Below, in pieces: positions 1 through 9,516 of a DNA stretch of 64,000 nt. The stretch is taken from IMG/VR virus record IMGVR_UViG_3300028800_000060, positions 64,001-128,000 of that record; one strand, given 5' to 3'. The position numbers and the translations under genes were made by a program. This DNA is from a virus. Numbering within the stretch: position 1 is the stretch's first letter; every line of letters starts with the position of its first letter. The notes below the pieces were generated by a model. That model had not been told where the DNA came from. It did not search any database and was given only the letters and a program-made list of their open reading frames with translations.

Positions 1-237
1 CTGCGCGATGCTGTAGCGAAGAAAAAAGCGAAACAAAAAACTTACGGTAAATTAAAAGAAGATGTTGATACTGGCGTTCGTAGTACTGTAAGTGTTAATG
101 ACCCATATGCGCTAGATAAAGGTAATTGCCACGAAGATCGCGATTATATGCATGCTGAAAATCCTAAAACGGATGGCGAACGATTACCTGAAATGGTTCA
201 AAAAATTAAAGAATGTGTTATTTGGAAAAAACTATAA
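1..237 (+). CDS. 3' end of hypothetical protein (partial)
   Basis: Frame 1 is open from the window edge to TAA at 235-237 (LRDAVAKK...CVIWKKL); not in the ORF track because it has no start. Confidence 0.6.
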   Translation: MRDAVAKKKAKQKTYGKLKEDVDTGVRSTVSVNDPYALDKGNCHEDRDYMHAENPKTDGERLPEMVQKIKECVIWKKL

Positions 238-241
238 GCAT

Positions 242-703
242 ATGAGAACTTTGAGGCGTATAAAGGAATTAATAGAAGAGGCACAACAAGAATTATTAAT
301 TCCTCGGGGTCAATTTAGTATACCGAGACATCAAATGCCTCAAATTTCTCAAGTTGACCGAGAAGAATATTTTGATCTACTCCGCATGCGCGGTATTACC
401 GTGGTACATAAATATGTTTTGGCTAAAGACCTTCGGGCGGCTCAGAATGAAATTGATGAAGTACGCGTTAGAGAATGGATCAAACATATGCCCCATAGAG
501 CAGAAATAAAACCATGTTTGGTTTCTATTGACAATTATGTTTTGGATGGCAATCATACTTGGTTAGCATTTTTAAATCGTGACCCATATTCGTATGTTGG
601 ATGTTGTATGATCGGTTTAAATTTCCAAGATCTGATAAATACTACTAGATTATTTGATAAGGTTACAAATAAAACTATTAAAGAGGAAAACACCAATGTA
701 TGA
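242..703 (+). CDS. ParB/sulfiredoxin-like domain protein, possible internal head protein
   Basis: PCLVSIDNYVLDGNHTW resembles the ParB-N 'hhDGHHR' motif; start moved to ATG 242, just after the upstream stop. Confidence 0.55.
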   Translation: MRTLRRIKELIEEAQQELLIPRGQFSIPRHQMPQISQVDREEYFDLLRMRGITVVHKYVLAKDLRAAQNEIDEVRVREWIKHMPHRAEIKPCLVSIDNYVLDGNHTWLAFLNRDPYSYVGCCMIGLNFQDLINTTRLFDKVTNKTIKEENTNV

Positions 704-1097
704 TATGTTTGATAATCCGGCTTTAGTCGAAAAGATTGCCAAGTTTTTACAGAAACCAAAACCTGAGGTGATTTCTGAAAATGAAGAATTACAGGAAGTT
801 TCTGCACCTGGTCAAGAATCATGGATAAAGGCAAACAAAGCCCGCTTTGAAAAGGAATATGGAGTAGAAAAAGGAAAAGAAGTTCTTTATGCAAAAGCCT
901 GGAAAATGCATGAAGAAGAAACAGAACACGACCAAAAGAAAGTAGCGGTATCACCCCGTCATGAAGATGACTCTAAGGTTCTATTAGAAAAGGGAAAGAA
1001 GAAAGACGTGGATGAAGCAAAGGAAAAAATTATTTTTGATCCTGAGGTCCATCCAGACAGAATTAACGAACCTGATAAAAATCAGAGAACAGTTTAA
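696..1097 (+). CDS. hypothetical charged protein (T4-like late region)
   Basis: GAGG SD before ATG 696; FEKEYGVEKGKEVLYAKAWK segment typical of T4-like head-associated proteins. Confidence 0.6.
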   Translation: MYDMFDNPALVEKIAKFLQKPKPEVISENEELQEVSAPGQESWIKANKARFEKEYGVEKGKEVLYAKAWKMHEEETEHDQKKVAVSPRHEDDSKVLLEKGKKKDVDEAKEKIIFDPEVHPDRINEPDKNQRTV

Positions 1098-1108
1098 AGG
1101 AAAAAAAT

Positions 1109-1672
1109 ATGTCTATTTGGACAAGAACAACACCACCTAAATTTGCACCACATGCTGTTGCCGGTAAAGATGGCTGGATACACCCAGTTTCAAATGAAGT
1201 ATTAGAAACATTCGGTGACGGATCTTCTAATAAACCAACTGTAGTAACCACACCAACAATCAATAGTGTTAAGTTATATAAAGGATTTGTGGTTGCGAGT
1301 GGTGAAACAGTAGCCGATAAAAGAACGCACGTGGTAACTAAAGATGTAATAACACTTGCAGTTCAATTTAATTCACAAGTTGTGGTAACTGGTCAACCAT
1401 ATATTGTAATAAACTTTAATGGTTCTCCAAAAAATGCACTTTATCTTCCAAAACGAGGTTTTGATTTTGGGGAAGATACAACTCACACTACTGGTGGAAC
1501 GGCCACATTACTTTTTTACTACACAATTGCATCTGCTGTTGTTGCCACATCAGGACAAGTGGTAGTATTAAGTCCAGTTCAACTCGGAACAGGAACAATT
1601 AAGAGCTTGTTAAAGGGTAATAATGCTACGCTAACATTTACTCCTCCAGTTCTTACTATAGCGGCTAATTAA
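1109..1672 (+). CDS. putative virion structural protein (beta-rich, Ig-like)
   Basis: AAGGA SD; Thr/Val-rich beta-strand composition. Confidence 0.5.
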   Translation: MSIWTRTTPPKFAPHAVAGKDGWIHPVSNEVLETFGDGSSNKPTVVTTPTINSVKLYKGFVVASGETVADKRTHVVTKDVITLAVQFNSQVVVTGQPYIVINFNGSPKNALYLPKRGFDFGEDTTHTTGGTATLLFYYTIASAVVATSGQVVVLSPVQLGTGTIKSLLKGNNATLTFTPPVLTIAAN

Positions 1673-1681
1673 GGAACAAAT

Positions 1682-2152
1682 ATGTCCCTCGATCAACATT
1701 TCCAAAAATTCCTAAAAGAGGACAATACAAATCCGACAATACCGTCAACTGGTAATATATTGGATGGTTTAAATTCTGAAGAACAAAACCATTTGTTATT
1801 GATGGTGAATAGCATGCTTTCGGCATTAACAGATATGCCAGCAATGAATCCCTATTACATTGTTGAACGAATTAAAACTCGGTTAAAAATAATGTTGGGA
1901 CTTTCATTTGATGATACCTTTTTTGTGGGTGAATATGGTTCTTTTGAAAAACCTCTTTACGCGTATAACGATGTAGTTTCTGTATATGGTGGTATGGTTA
2001 ATCCAAAACCAGATAATGCTTGGTGTAAACTTTTCCCACATGGTCTTACATTGAGAGTTCATTTTCTAAAATCGGGAACATTGTTTAATGTTAATGCTGA
2101 GGTTGTACCATCAACAACACCCGGAGTAGCACCCCCTATTTCGGAAAACTAA
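1682..2152 (+). CDS. hypothetical protein
   Basis: AAGGA SD; tight gene packing. Confidence 0.7.
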   Translation: MSLDQHFQKFLKEDNTNPTIPSTGNILDGLNSEEQNHLLLMVNSMLSALTDMPAMNPYYIVERIKTRLKIMLGLSFDDTFFVGEYGSFEKPLYAYNDVVSVYGGMVNPKPDNAWCKLFPHGLTLRVHFLKSGTLFNVNAEVVPSTTPGVAPPISEN

Positions 2153-2161
2153 CTATATTAG

Positions 2162-2563
2162 ATGAAAAAAGAAAATCTTACCGAAAAGAATTTTACTAAT
2201 TTTGCCATATCGGTGTATACAAACATACATTGCCGCGGAAAAGAAGAATTCAATGATGATTTGCTCCTGATTAAATATATCAAAAGACTTTTTAGGAAGT
2301 ATAACGAAAATGGAGAAATCGATCAACTTCGGTTAAGATTAGCATTAAATCATATTATAATTTTCTATAATGTTTTTGAGATGGAATCGGCAACAAGGAT
2401 TTTATTTTTTAAAATAGAACCTGAATTACATTCCATCTTAAAAACATTTCTGGTTTTTTTAAATTATATGCCAGCTATAGTTCATGGTGTAAATGGTAAA
2501 GATATTTTGTCCAAAAATATTCCATTGATAGAAACGATTTTTACGAGGTTGAAAACAGCTTAA
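2162..2563 (+). CDS. conserved T4-like hypothetical protein
   Basis: EEFNDDL..IKYIKRLF..Y and LNHIIIFYNVF...LKTFLVFLNYMP motifs recognised from T4-like phages. Confidence 0.75.
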   Translation: MKKENLTEKNFTNFAISVYTNIHCRGKEEFNDDLLLIKYIKRLFRKYNENGEIDQLRLRLALNHIIIFYNVFEMESATRILFFKIEPELHSILKTFLVFLNYMPAIVHGVNGKDILSKNIPLIETIFTRLKTA

Positions 2564-2797
2564 ATGAAATCATATCGTAATTTAAAAGAAGATATCGGTC
2601 TTTCGACAGGTATTGGCCTGGCCGGTATTGATATGCCTTTAGGTGCCCCTGTTCAAAAAAGAAGAAATAATGGATATAATAATGACATTTCTTTGGCTCA
2701 CCGGATTTACGAATCCCTTGGTATTTGCGAGTACTGTTTGGAACCAATGACTATGAATTTGAAAGAAGGAAAATTAATCTGTAAGACTTGTAAATAA
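2564..2797 (+). CDS. small protein with C-terminal Zn ribbon
   Basis: CEYC...CKTC; N-terminus MKSYRNLKE. Confidence 0.6.
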   Translation: MKSYRNLKEDIGLSTGIGLAGIDMPLGAPVQKRRNNGYNNDISLAHRIYESLGICEYCLEPMTMNLKEGKLICKTCK

Positions 2798-2806
2798 AGG
2801 AAAACT

Positions 2807-3253
2807 ATGCCAAGTGCAGCCCAATCCCAAGTATTAGAAATAAAAAATGATTTAGGAACGGTAAAAAAAGATATTTCACGGTTCGAACGATATTATGAAA
2901 AAGTTAATTCAGTAATGGAAGAAATAAAAACTGTTATTACCACACATGATAGTAAACTTAGTTTGTATCACGATGATATCGTTGAGGTAAAACAGAAGAT
3001 GGAAACACAAGGTGAGAAGATTTCGGATTCGATTACTAGTATGAAACAGGAATTATTGCATGAAATAATTAAAACACGTGAAGAATCGGATTCAAGAATT
3101 AGAACATTGGAATATTGGAGATACATAATTGCAGGTGGAGCCATCATCATTGGTTTATTTGCAACCACATTATTCCAGAATATCATGCATAAGGCGATAG
3201 AACCGGCAATAGCACCAACAACAATTGAATTGCAACAACATCCAGAAAAATAG
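2807..3253 (+). CDS. coiled-coil protein with C-terminal transmembrane helix
   Basis: Heptad-like N-terminus, then RIRTLEYWRYIIAGGAIIIGLF. Confidence 0.65.
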   Translation: MPSAAQSQVLEIKNDLGTVKKDISRFERYYEKVNSVMEEIKTVITTHDSKLSLYHDDIVEVKQKMETQGEKISDSITSMKQELLHEIIKTREESDSRIRTLEYWRYIIAGGAIIIGLFATTLFQNIMHKAIEPAIAPTTIELQQHPEK

Positions 3254-3302
3254 TTGTTTTTCTTTTCATTATGTGTTACACTATAATTAGTGAGGTTTAT
3301 TT

Positions 3303-3668
3303 GTGCTAATAGATTTAGATGATTATGATTGGGAAGAAGTATTCAGTGAAGGTAATGGCGGAAATTGTTCTGCCATTATGCCCCGACGTATTCCCGGAGA
3401 GAAATGTTCGTTAGCTAGTTTTTGTCGAGAAGATGTTAAAGAAATTTGTGGGCTCGACCCTGGCGAAAAAGATGTACGTGATTGGATCATTTGGGGTATT
3501 TTAAATGATGGAAGATATTTCTTTGTGTGTGGTGGATGTGACTATATGGGTTGGGATTGTCACGCACAAAATTACGGTAATGTAGCAGAAACTGCCAAAA
3601 ATCTAATTCGATTTGCAATGTCGGATGAAGAACGTCGGAGATTTGGACTACATTTAGGTGATGAATAA
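3303..3668 (+). CDS. hypothetical protein
   Basis: GAGG SD with GTG start; GGCDYMGWDC motif. Confidence 0.65.
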   Translation: MLIDLDDYDWEEVFSEGNGGNCSAIMPRRIPGEKCSLASFCREDVKEICGLDPGEKDVRDWIIWGILNDGRYFFVCGGCDYMGWDCHAQNYGNVAETAKNLIRFAMSDEERRRFGLHLGDE

Positions 3669-4688
3669 GTGAGTCTTTTTATTGATCATAATTACATAGC
3701 GCAAATTAGTTCACGCCTGGATCGCTTCAAACGAAAAACACAACGATCCTATAATTTTCGTTGTCCCTTCTGCCACGATTCTTCCAAAAGTAAAATTAAG
3801 GCCCGTGGTTATTTCTTTACAAAAGGAAATAATATATCCTTCTATTGTCACAACTGCTTACAAAGTAAATCTTTTTCCCAATTTCTAAAAGAATTTGATC
3901 CCTCGTTATACGAAAAGTATATTTTCGAGAATTACCGAGAAAAGAATCCTGAGGAGAAAAAAGAAAATTTCGATGAATTTAATTTCAAACCAGAATTTAA
4001 GGAACACCTAGTTGTCGATATTCTCTCTGGCTGCACTAACATTGATGAACTTCCTTTGGATCATTATGCTCGTAAATACATCCAAGGACGGCAAATCCCC
4101 AAAGTCTTTTGGAAAGATATCTGGTATGTTCCAGATTTTAAAGAATTGGTTGATAAAGTAGAACCTGAAAATGAATATAATCTTAAACCAAAAGATCCAA
4201 GAATTATCTTCCCGTTTAGAGATAAGGAAAAAAGAATCACAGCTATCCAAGGAAGGTCTTTCCAAAACCGAGGTCTTAGGTTCATTATTGTTAAGATTGA
4301 CAAAGATTCTCCAAAAGTTTTTGGGCTGGATAGAGTTGATCCCGAAAATCGAGTATACATTTGTGAGGGTACTGTGGACAGCTTTTTTCTTACTAATGCT
4401 ATTGCTTGTGCGGGATCCCATCTCTGTTCTTATATTTTACCCAATTGCCATGATATGGTTTATTTACTTGATAATGAACCCAGGAATAAAGCCATAATCG
4501 ACCAGATGAAAAAAATTGCTGATTCGGGTAAAAAATTATGTGTGTGGCCTGAAACTGTGGGAGAAAAAGATATTAATGATTTAATTTTGGCTGGATATAC
4601 TTCGGAAAAAATTGTAAAAATTATCAATGCAAATACGTATACCGGGTTATCGGCACGTATCGCAATTAATGAATGGAAAAGGTGTTAA
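3669..4688 (+). CDS. 61: DNA primase (T4 gp61-like)
   Basis: Zn finger FRCPFCHDS...YCHNC; QGRS; TOPRIM motifs CEGTVDS, DNEPRN, KDIND. Confidence 0.95.
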   Translation: MSLFIDHNYIAQISSRLDRFKRKTQRSYNFRCPFCHDSSKSKIKARGYFFTKGNNISFYCHNCLQSKSFSQFLKEFDPSLYEKYIFENYREKNPEEKKENFDEFNFKPEFKEHLVVDILSGCTNIDELPLDHYARKYIQGRQIPKVFWKDIWYVPDFKELVDKVEPENEYNLKPKDPRIIFPFRDKEKRITAIQGRSFQNRGLRFIIVKIDKDSPKVFGLDRVDPENRVYICEGTVDSFFLTNAIACAGSHLCSYILPNCHDMVYLLDNEPRNKAIIDQMKKIADSGKKLCVWPETVGEKDINDLILAGYTSEKIVKIINANTYTGLSARIAINEWKRC

Positions 4689-4704
4689 CGAAAAGGATAT
4701 ATGA

Positions 4705-5625
4705 ATGTATAGTAAACCGGAAGCAAAAATTATCTGTGACTCCATAAGCCCAGAAGGTATTCGTTTAACGACAATGGAAGTAAAATTACACAGAATGGTT
4801 CTGGCTGAACTGAATACCCACAGGGTTTTCTCCCGCAATAGTGCTTCTAGTCGTGCCATCCCCGTAAGTAAGATGCTGGAAAGAGTTAAGACTGATCCGG
4901 CAATGCCTTTGTTTTGGGGAAAGAATCAGGCTGGAATGGCAGCCGCAGTTGAATTGCCATATATTGAAAAATGCCGGGTTGAACAACGTTGGTTACATGC
5001 ACGAGACCAAGCAGTGGAAAATGTAGAAGCTCTATTAGAACTAGGTCTACATAAGCAGTTAACCAACCGTCTATTAGAGCCATGGTTGTGGCATACTGCT
5101 ATTATTAGTTCCACCGAATGGGACAATTTCTTCGGTCAACGGACAGCTATCAATCCGGATACACAACAACCTTATGCGATGCCGGAAATGTATGCTCTTG
5201 CTAAGGCAATGGAAGATGCATATTACGATAGCACACCAAAATTGGTGGGATGGCGTCAGTGGCATTTACCTTATATTCAAAATGACGATGCTAACTGGGC
5301 AATTGCATATTATGCAGAAAATCGTGGTTCTCCAAAAGTGGAAGAATTACTTAAGAAGATTTCCGCAGGTCGTTGTGCTAGGGTTTCATACCTAACTCAT
5401 GACGGAAAACGTGACCCGTTGGAAGATATTAAACTTGGTGATAAATTGGCTTCAGCAACTCCCATGCACCCCAGCCCATTCGAACACCAGGCAACTCCCC
5501 ATCCAGATTGGAATCCTAACGAAGACAGATTCAATGGTGTAAAAGGTAATTTTCATGGTTGGATGCAATATCGGCACGAATTTAAAAATGAGAGCATAAA
5601 AGATTTTAAACCACAAACTAAATAA
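4705..5625 (+). CDS. thyX: flavin-dependent thymidylate synthase
   Basis: AELNTHRVFSRNSASSRAIP, HKQLTNRLLEP, SAGRCARVSY, HPSPFEHQA. Confidence 0.92.
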   Translation: MYSKPEAKIICDSISPEGIRLTTMEVKLHRMVLAELNTHRVFSRNSASSRAIPVSKMLERVKTDPAMPLFWGKNQAGMAAAVELPYIEKCRVEQRWLHARDQAVENVEALLELGLHKQLTNRLLEPWLWHTAIISSTEWDNFFGQRTAINPDTQQPYAMPEMYALAKAMEDAYYDSTPKLVGWRQWHLPYIQNDDANWAIAYYAENRGSPKVEELLKKISAGRCARVSYLTHDGKRDPLEDIKLGDKLASATPMHPSPFEHQATPHPDWNPNEDRFNGVKGNFHGWMQYRHEFKNESIKDFKPQTK

Positions 5626-5630
5626 ATTTA

Positions 5631-7538
5631 ATGACAACTTTACCTACTGATTACCAAAATTTCATCCATCTCTCAAAATACTCCAGATGGAGAGATGATT
5701 TAAATAGAAGAGAAACCTGGCAAGAAACAATTCAAAGATATACGGATTTCTTTTCTGATTATATTTTGGAAAATCATACCCCAAAAAACCGAGTTGAGTT
5801 TTTAAAAGAATTAGAAAAAGCAAAAGAAGGTATTCTGAATTTAGATGTAGTGCCATCTATGCGTGCTTTGAAAACGGCCGGCCCGGCACTTAAGAAACAC
5901 CACACAGCCGGTTATAATTGTAGCTTTATTGTTATCGATCATCCTCATGCTTTTGATGAAATTTTATACCTTTCTTGTTGTGGATCAGGAGTTGGCTTTT
6001 CTGTTGAAAAGAAGTATGTTTCTAAATTATCAGAAATACCCGCCGAATTTTATCCTACAAGTACTGTAATTGATGTTCCTGATTCCAAAATTGGTTGGGC
6101 TACTGCATTACGGGAATTAATTTCTTTGTTATATGCGGGTAAAGTTCCTAAATGGGATATATCAAAAGTCCGTCCATATGGGTCAATTCTAAAGACATTT
6201 GGCGGAAGAGCTTCAGGTCCGGACCCTCTTGTAGATCTGTTTGAATTTACCGTAAAAACTTTCTTAAATGCTGCGGGAAGAAAATTAGAAAGTATCGAAT
6301 GCCATGATATTTGTTGCAAAATTGGTTTAATTGCTGAATCTGGTGGGACGCGCCGCGCAGCATTGATTTCACTTTCTGATATTCTAGATGGTGAAATGCG
6401 CCACGCTAAATCTGGTAATTGGTGGGATATGAACTCTCAAAGAGCATATGCCAATAATACGGCCGTTTATTATACTAAACCAGAACTTGGCATTTTTATG
6501 GAAGAATGGCTTTCTCTGTATCGTAGCAAATCTGGCGAAAGAGGAATTTTAAGTTTATGGAATCTTTCTAAAAAAGGTAATGATCGTAGGGATTGGTCAA
6601 AAGTTGCTGGCGTCAACCCTTGTGGCGAAATCCTATTACGACCAAATTCTTTCTGTAATCTTTCGGAAGTTATTGTTCGCCCGGATGATACTTTAGAAAC
6701 TTTGATGGCTAAAGTACAAATAGCCACATTTATAGGAACAATGCAGTCGTGTTTGACAAAGTTTAAATATATCCGAAAAATATGGCAAAAGAATGCTGAG
6801 GAAGAAAGATTACTTGGTGTTTCTCTAACAGGTATTATGGATAATACTCTGCTTGTCAGCACCGCAGGATCAGAAGTTTTACAGAAGTTAAAAGCTGAAG
6901 CCATTAAAGTAAACAAATATTGGGCTGATATATTTAAAATAAACCAATCGGTTGCGATCACTACAGTAAAGCCTAGTGGAAATACTTCACAGTTGGTAGA
7001 CTCATCATCTGGAATTCATCCTAGATATTCACCATATTACATTCGCACTGTACGAATGGACAATAAAGATCCACTAACTGCACTAATGATAGCTCAGGGT
7101 ATCCCAAATGAACCTTGCCACATGAAGCCGCAGAATACAACTATATTTTCTTTCCCAATTAAATCACCGGAAAAATCAGTTTTCCGTAATGATTATAATG
7201 CTTTACAACAATTAGAATTGATGAAGCGGTTTAAACAAAATTGGGCGGAGCATAATATTAGTATTACCATTTATGTCAAAGAAACAGAATGGATGGATGT
7301 GGCTTCTTGGGTTTATAATAATTTTGATATTGTTGGTGGTATAACATTTCTTCCTTTTGATGGTGGAACGTATAAGCAAGCGCCATATCAAGAAATTACG
7401 AAAGAAAAATATTATGAATATCTAAAAAAGATGCCAACAAATATTGATTGGTCAAAAATTGCTGAATATGAAAAAGATGATAGGACAACAAATTCTAGAG
7501 AATTGGCTTGTATGAGTGGAAATAGTTGTGAATTGTAA
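5631..7538 (+). CDS. nrdJ: class II (adenosylcobalamin-dependent) ribonucleotide reductase
   Basis: YNCSF, FGGRASGP, GGTRRAALISLS, NPCGEI, FCNLSE, KPSG, C-terminal CxxxxCE; no NrdB partner nearby. Confidence 0.92.
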   Translation: MTTLPTDYQNFIHLSKYSRWRDDLNRRETWQETIQRYTDFFSDYILENHTPKNRVEFLKELEKAKEGILNLDVVPSMRALKTAGPALKKHHTAGYNCSFIVIDHPHAFDEILYLSCCGSGVGFSVEKKYVSKLSEIPAEFYPTSTVIDVPDSKIGWATALRELISLLYAGKVPKWDISKVRPYGSILKTFGGRASGPDPLVDLFEFTVKTFLNAAGRKLESIECHDICCKIGLIAESGGTRRAALISLSDILDGEMRHAKSGNWWDMNSQRAYANNTAVYYTKPELGIFMEEWLSLYRSKSGERGILSLWNLSKKGNDRRDWSKVAGVNPCGEILLRPNSFCNLSEVIVRPDDTLETLMAKVQIATFIGTMQSCLTKFKYIRKIWQKNAEEERLLGVSLTGIMDNTLLVSTAGSEVLQKLKAEAIKVNKYWADIFKINQSVAITTVKPSGNTSQLVDSSSGIHPRYSPYYIRTVRMDNKDPLTALMIAQGIPNEPCHMKPQNTTIFSFPIKSPEKSVFRNDYNALQQLELMKRFKQNWAEHNISITIYVKETEWMDVASWVYNNFDIVGGITFLPFDGGTYKQAPYQEITKEKYYEYLKKMPTNIDWSKIAEYEKDDRTTNSRELACMSGNSCEL

Positions 7539-7594
7539 TCTCACATCCCAATTTTATATTGCAAACCCACATCACAATGAATTATAATTGATGT

Positions 7595-7774
7595 GTGACA
7601 ATTACTCAACGAGATTTACTATTACTTAAACTTTTTCAAACCATTAAAAATAATGGTGCCACATATGTAAATAGGTATGAATGTTATCGAATTGGAGAAG
7701 GATTAGTTACCGAATACCTAGATATGGATTATAAAATAACATTAATAGATATCCGTAATATTGAAGAATTATGA
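7595..7774 (+). CDS. small hypothetical protein (59 aa, below track cutoff)
   Basis: GTG 6 nt after TATAAT of a TTGCAA-N18-TATAAT promoter; open to TGA 7772-7774. Confidence 0.5.
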   Translation: MTITQRDLLLLKLFQTIKNNGATYVNRYECYRIGEGLVTEYLDMDYKITLIDIRNIEEL

Positions 7775-7775
7775 T

Positions 7776-7973
7776 ATGAAACGTGCATATACAAAACAAG
7801 AAATTGGTGATTTGATCCGCGAAACCAAGCAGGAACTTTCCTCTTTCGAGCGGGGCATAAAAAATGCTCCACTCGAAACAAAGGGAGAATTAAAAGTTTG
7901 GGTAAAGAAAACGAAAACTAAATTACGGCAATTGGAAGACATATTTAAATCAGGTAAATGGAAGATAGAATAG
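7776..7973 (+). CDS. small basic hypothetical protein
   Basis: ORF track; start reassigned to ATG 7776, next to the upstream stop. Confidence 0.55.
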   Translation: MKRAYTKQEIGDLIRETKQELSSFERGIKNAPLETKGELKVWVKKTKTKLRQLEDIFKSGKWKIE

Positions 7974-8062
7974 TTGGAGGTGTAGTACAAAGCACTTCTA
8001 AGGATTCAAGCTTGAATTAGGTGAATCTTTGGACGATGAGGAATTACCCATAAATAGGGGTA

Positions 8063-8506
8063 ATGACTCCTTGGATTTACCAGAATAAACCCGTTGAAAT
8101 TCCTCCTGATGGTATGGTTGGGTTTATTTATAACATCACCTGTAAATTAACAGGAAAACAATATATCGGGAAGAAATTTTGTTTTTCGAGGCGCCGCCAT
8201 AAAGTTGCGGGCAGAAAAAATAAGAAGATCATCATTAAGGATTCTGGATGGCAAGAATATTGGAGTTCTTCTGATTTCTTATTAGAAGATATTGCGAAAC
8301 TGGGAAAAGAAAATTTTACCCGAGAGATATTAGAATTTTACCCTACAAAAAAAGAAGTTTCTTTTGCGGAATTAGAAGAACAGATAAAACGTGATGTACT
8401 TAGAGCCAAATTACCCGATGGTTCTAAAGCATACTACAATAGATCTATATTGGGGAAATATTTTTGTCCTCCAGAAAATATACTTGACAATCCTGCCAAA
8501 ACTTGA
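8063..8506 (+). CDS. GIY-YIG family endonuclease
   Basis: GFIYNIT...KQYIGKK, YWSSS, FTREILE, YYN. Confidence 0.85.
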   Translation: MTPWIYQNKPVEIPPDGMVGFIYNITCKLTGKQYIGKKFCFSRRRHKVAGRKNKKIIIKDSGWQEYWSSSDFLLEDIAKLGKENFTREILEFYPTKKEVSFAELEEQIKRDVLRAKLPDGSKAYYNRSILGKYFCPPENILDNPAKT

Positions 8507-8518
8507 TAGCATCAACAT

Positions 8519-8695
8519 ATGATTACTAACATCTATTTGATTTCCTCCACACTTGCAACAATTTTGGCCACATTTACCGTCCGGTGGACTGGTAAGGGGG
8601 TTCCCTTAATTAAAATAATTTTGTTCTTACTCTCAGTACTGGGAATCATTGTGACGCTCGGCCACTTCGGCATACTACTCGTTCGTTTTCTATAA
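8519..8695 (+). CDS. small membrane protein (58 aa, two hydrophobic segments)
   Basis: MITNIYLISSTLATILATF...IILFLLSVLGIIVTLGHFGILLVRFL; own TTGACA-N17-TAGCAT promoter. Confidence 0.6.
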   Translation: MITNIYLISSTLATILATFTVRWTGKGVPLIKIILFLLSVLGIIVTLGHFGILLVRFL

Positions 8696-8697
8696 GT

Positions 8698-8727
8698 ACG
8701 ATCCCCGACGATCCCAGACGATCCTAG
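8698..8727. repeat. three tandem 10-bp repeats, core ACGATCC
   Basis: acgatccccg acgatcccag acgatcctag, intergenic. Confidence 0.8.
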
Positions 8728-8795
8728 CTAGTCCAAAACGAAAGTGCATAATCTGCTGTCATTTTAATTAAAACGTTAAAAAAGATGCAAAACCG

Positions 8796-9509
8796 ATGAT
8801 ACTCATTATTCCCGACATTCATACAGAAATAGCGACCTACAATTATTTGATGAACAAATATAAGGATATTAAAATAAAAATATCTTTGGGTGATTGGTAT
8901 GATTCTTTCATTTTCCAATCTGGAGTCGAAGCGGGAGAAATGGCTCGTTTGCAAGCCGATTTTGTTTCTAATCCTGATAATATTTGTTTGTTTGGTAATC
9001 ATGACATGCAATATGCATTTCCTAATTGTCCAGCATTAGGATGTAGTGGATGGAGTAGTTGGAAACAAAAACCTATTGATAGGTGGATGAAAGGTCTTTG
9101 GAGTAAAGTGAAGTTGTGCCACTGGGTATATGCTGCTGATAAAACGTGGTTAATTTCGCATGCAGGTATCCATCCATATTTTTCGCATCCAATTAATGGA
9201 TTAAATGAATTAGAAACGACATTGTTGTCACAAAAAACAATTTGTAGTATCATAGATGATAATGAAATTACGGAATTTGTTTCTGTTGGAAGACGTCGGC
9301 GTGGGAATCATTTGTGTGGTGGATGTACTTGGATGGATTGGCAAGATTTTAAACCTATTGTAGGTATCAATCAAATTGTGGGTCATACGAGAGGAAATTT
9401 TATTCGTGAATATCGTATTGATGGTTCTGAAAATTATTGCATTGATACCGGACTAAATCATGTAGCTCTTTTGGATGATATCGGAAAAATTACTATCGAA
9501 AAAATATAG
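8796..9509 (+). CDS. calcineurin-like metallophosphoesterase
   Basis: DIH, GDWYD, GNHD, SHAG, VGHT, IDTG motifs. Confidence 0.9.
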   Translation: MILIIPDIHTEIATYNYLMNKYKDIKIKISLGDWYDSFIFQSGVEAGEMARLQADFVSNPDNICLFGNHDMQYAFPNCPALGCSGWSSWKQKPIDRWMKGLWSKVKLCHWVYAADKTWLISHAGIHPYFSHPINGLNELETTLLSQKTICSIIDDNEITEFVSVGRRRRGNHLCGGCTWMDWQDFKPIVGINQIVGHTRGNFIREYRIDGSENYCIDTGLNHVALLDDIGKITIEKI

Positions 9510-9516
9510 GATTAAT

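Noticed and set aside
3669-7538. Inteins or introns in primase, thyX or nrdJ
   Set aside because: Lengths and motif spacing are normal and the frames are uninterrupted.
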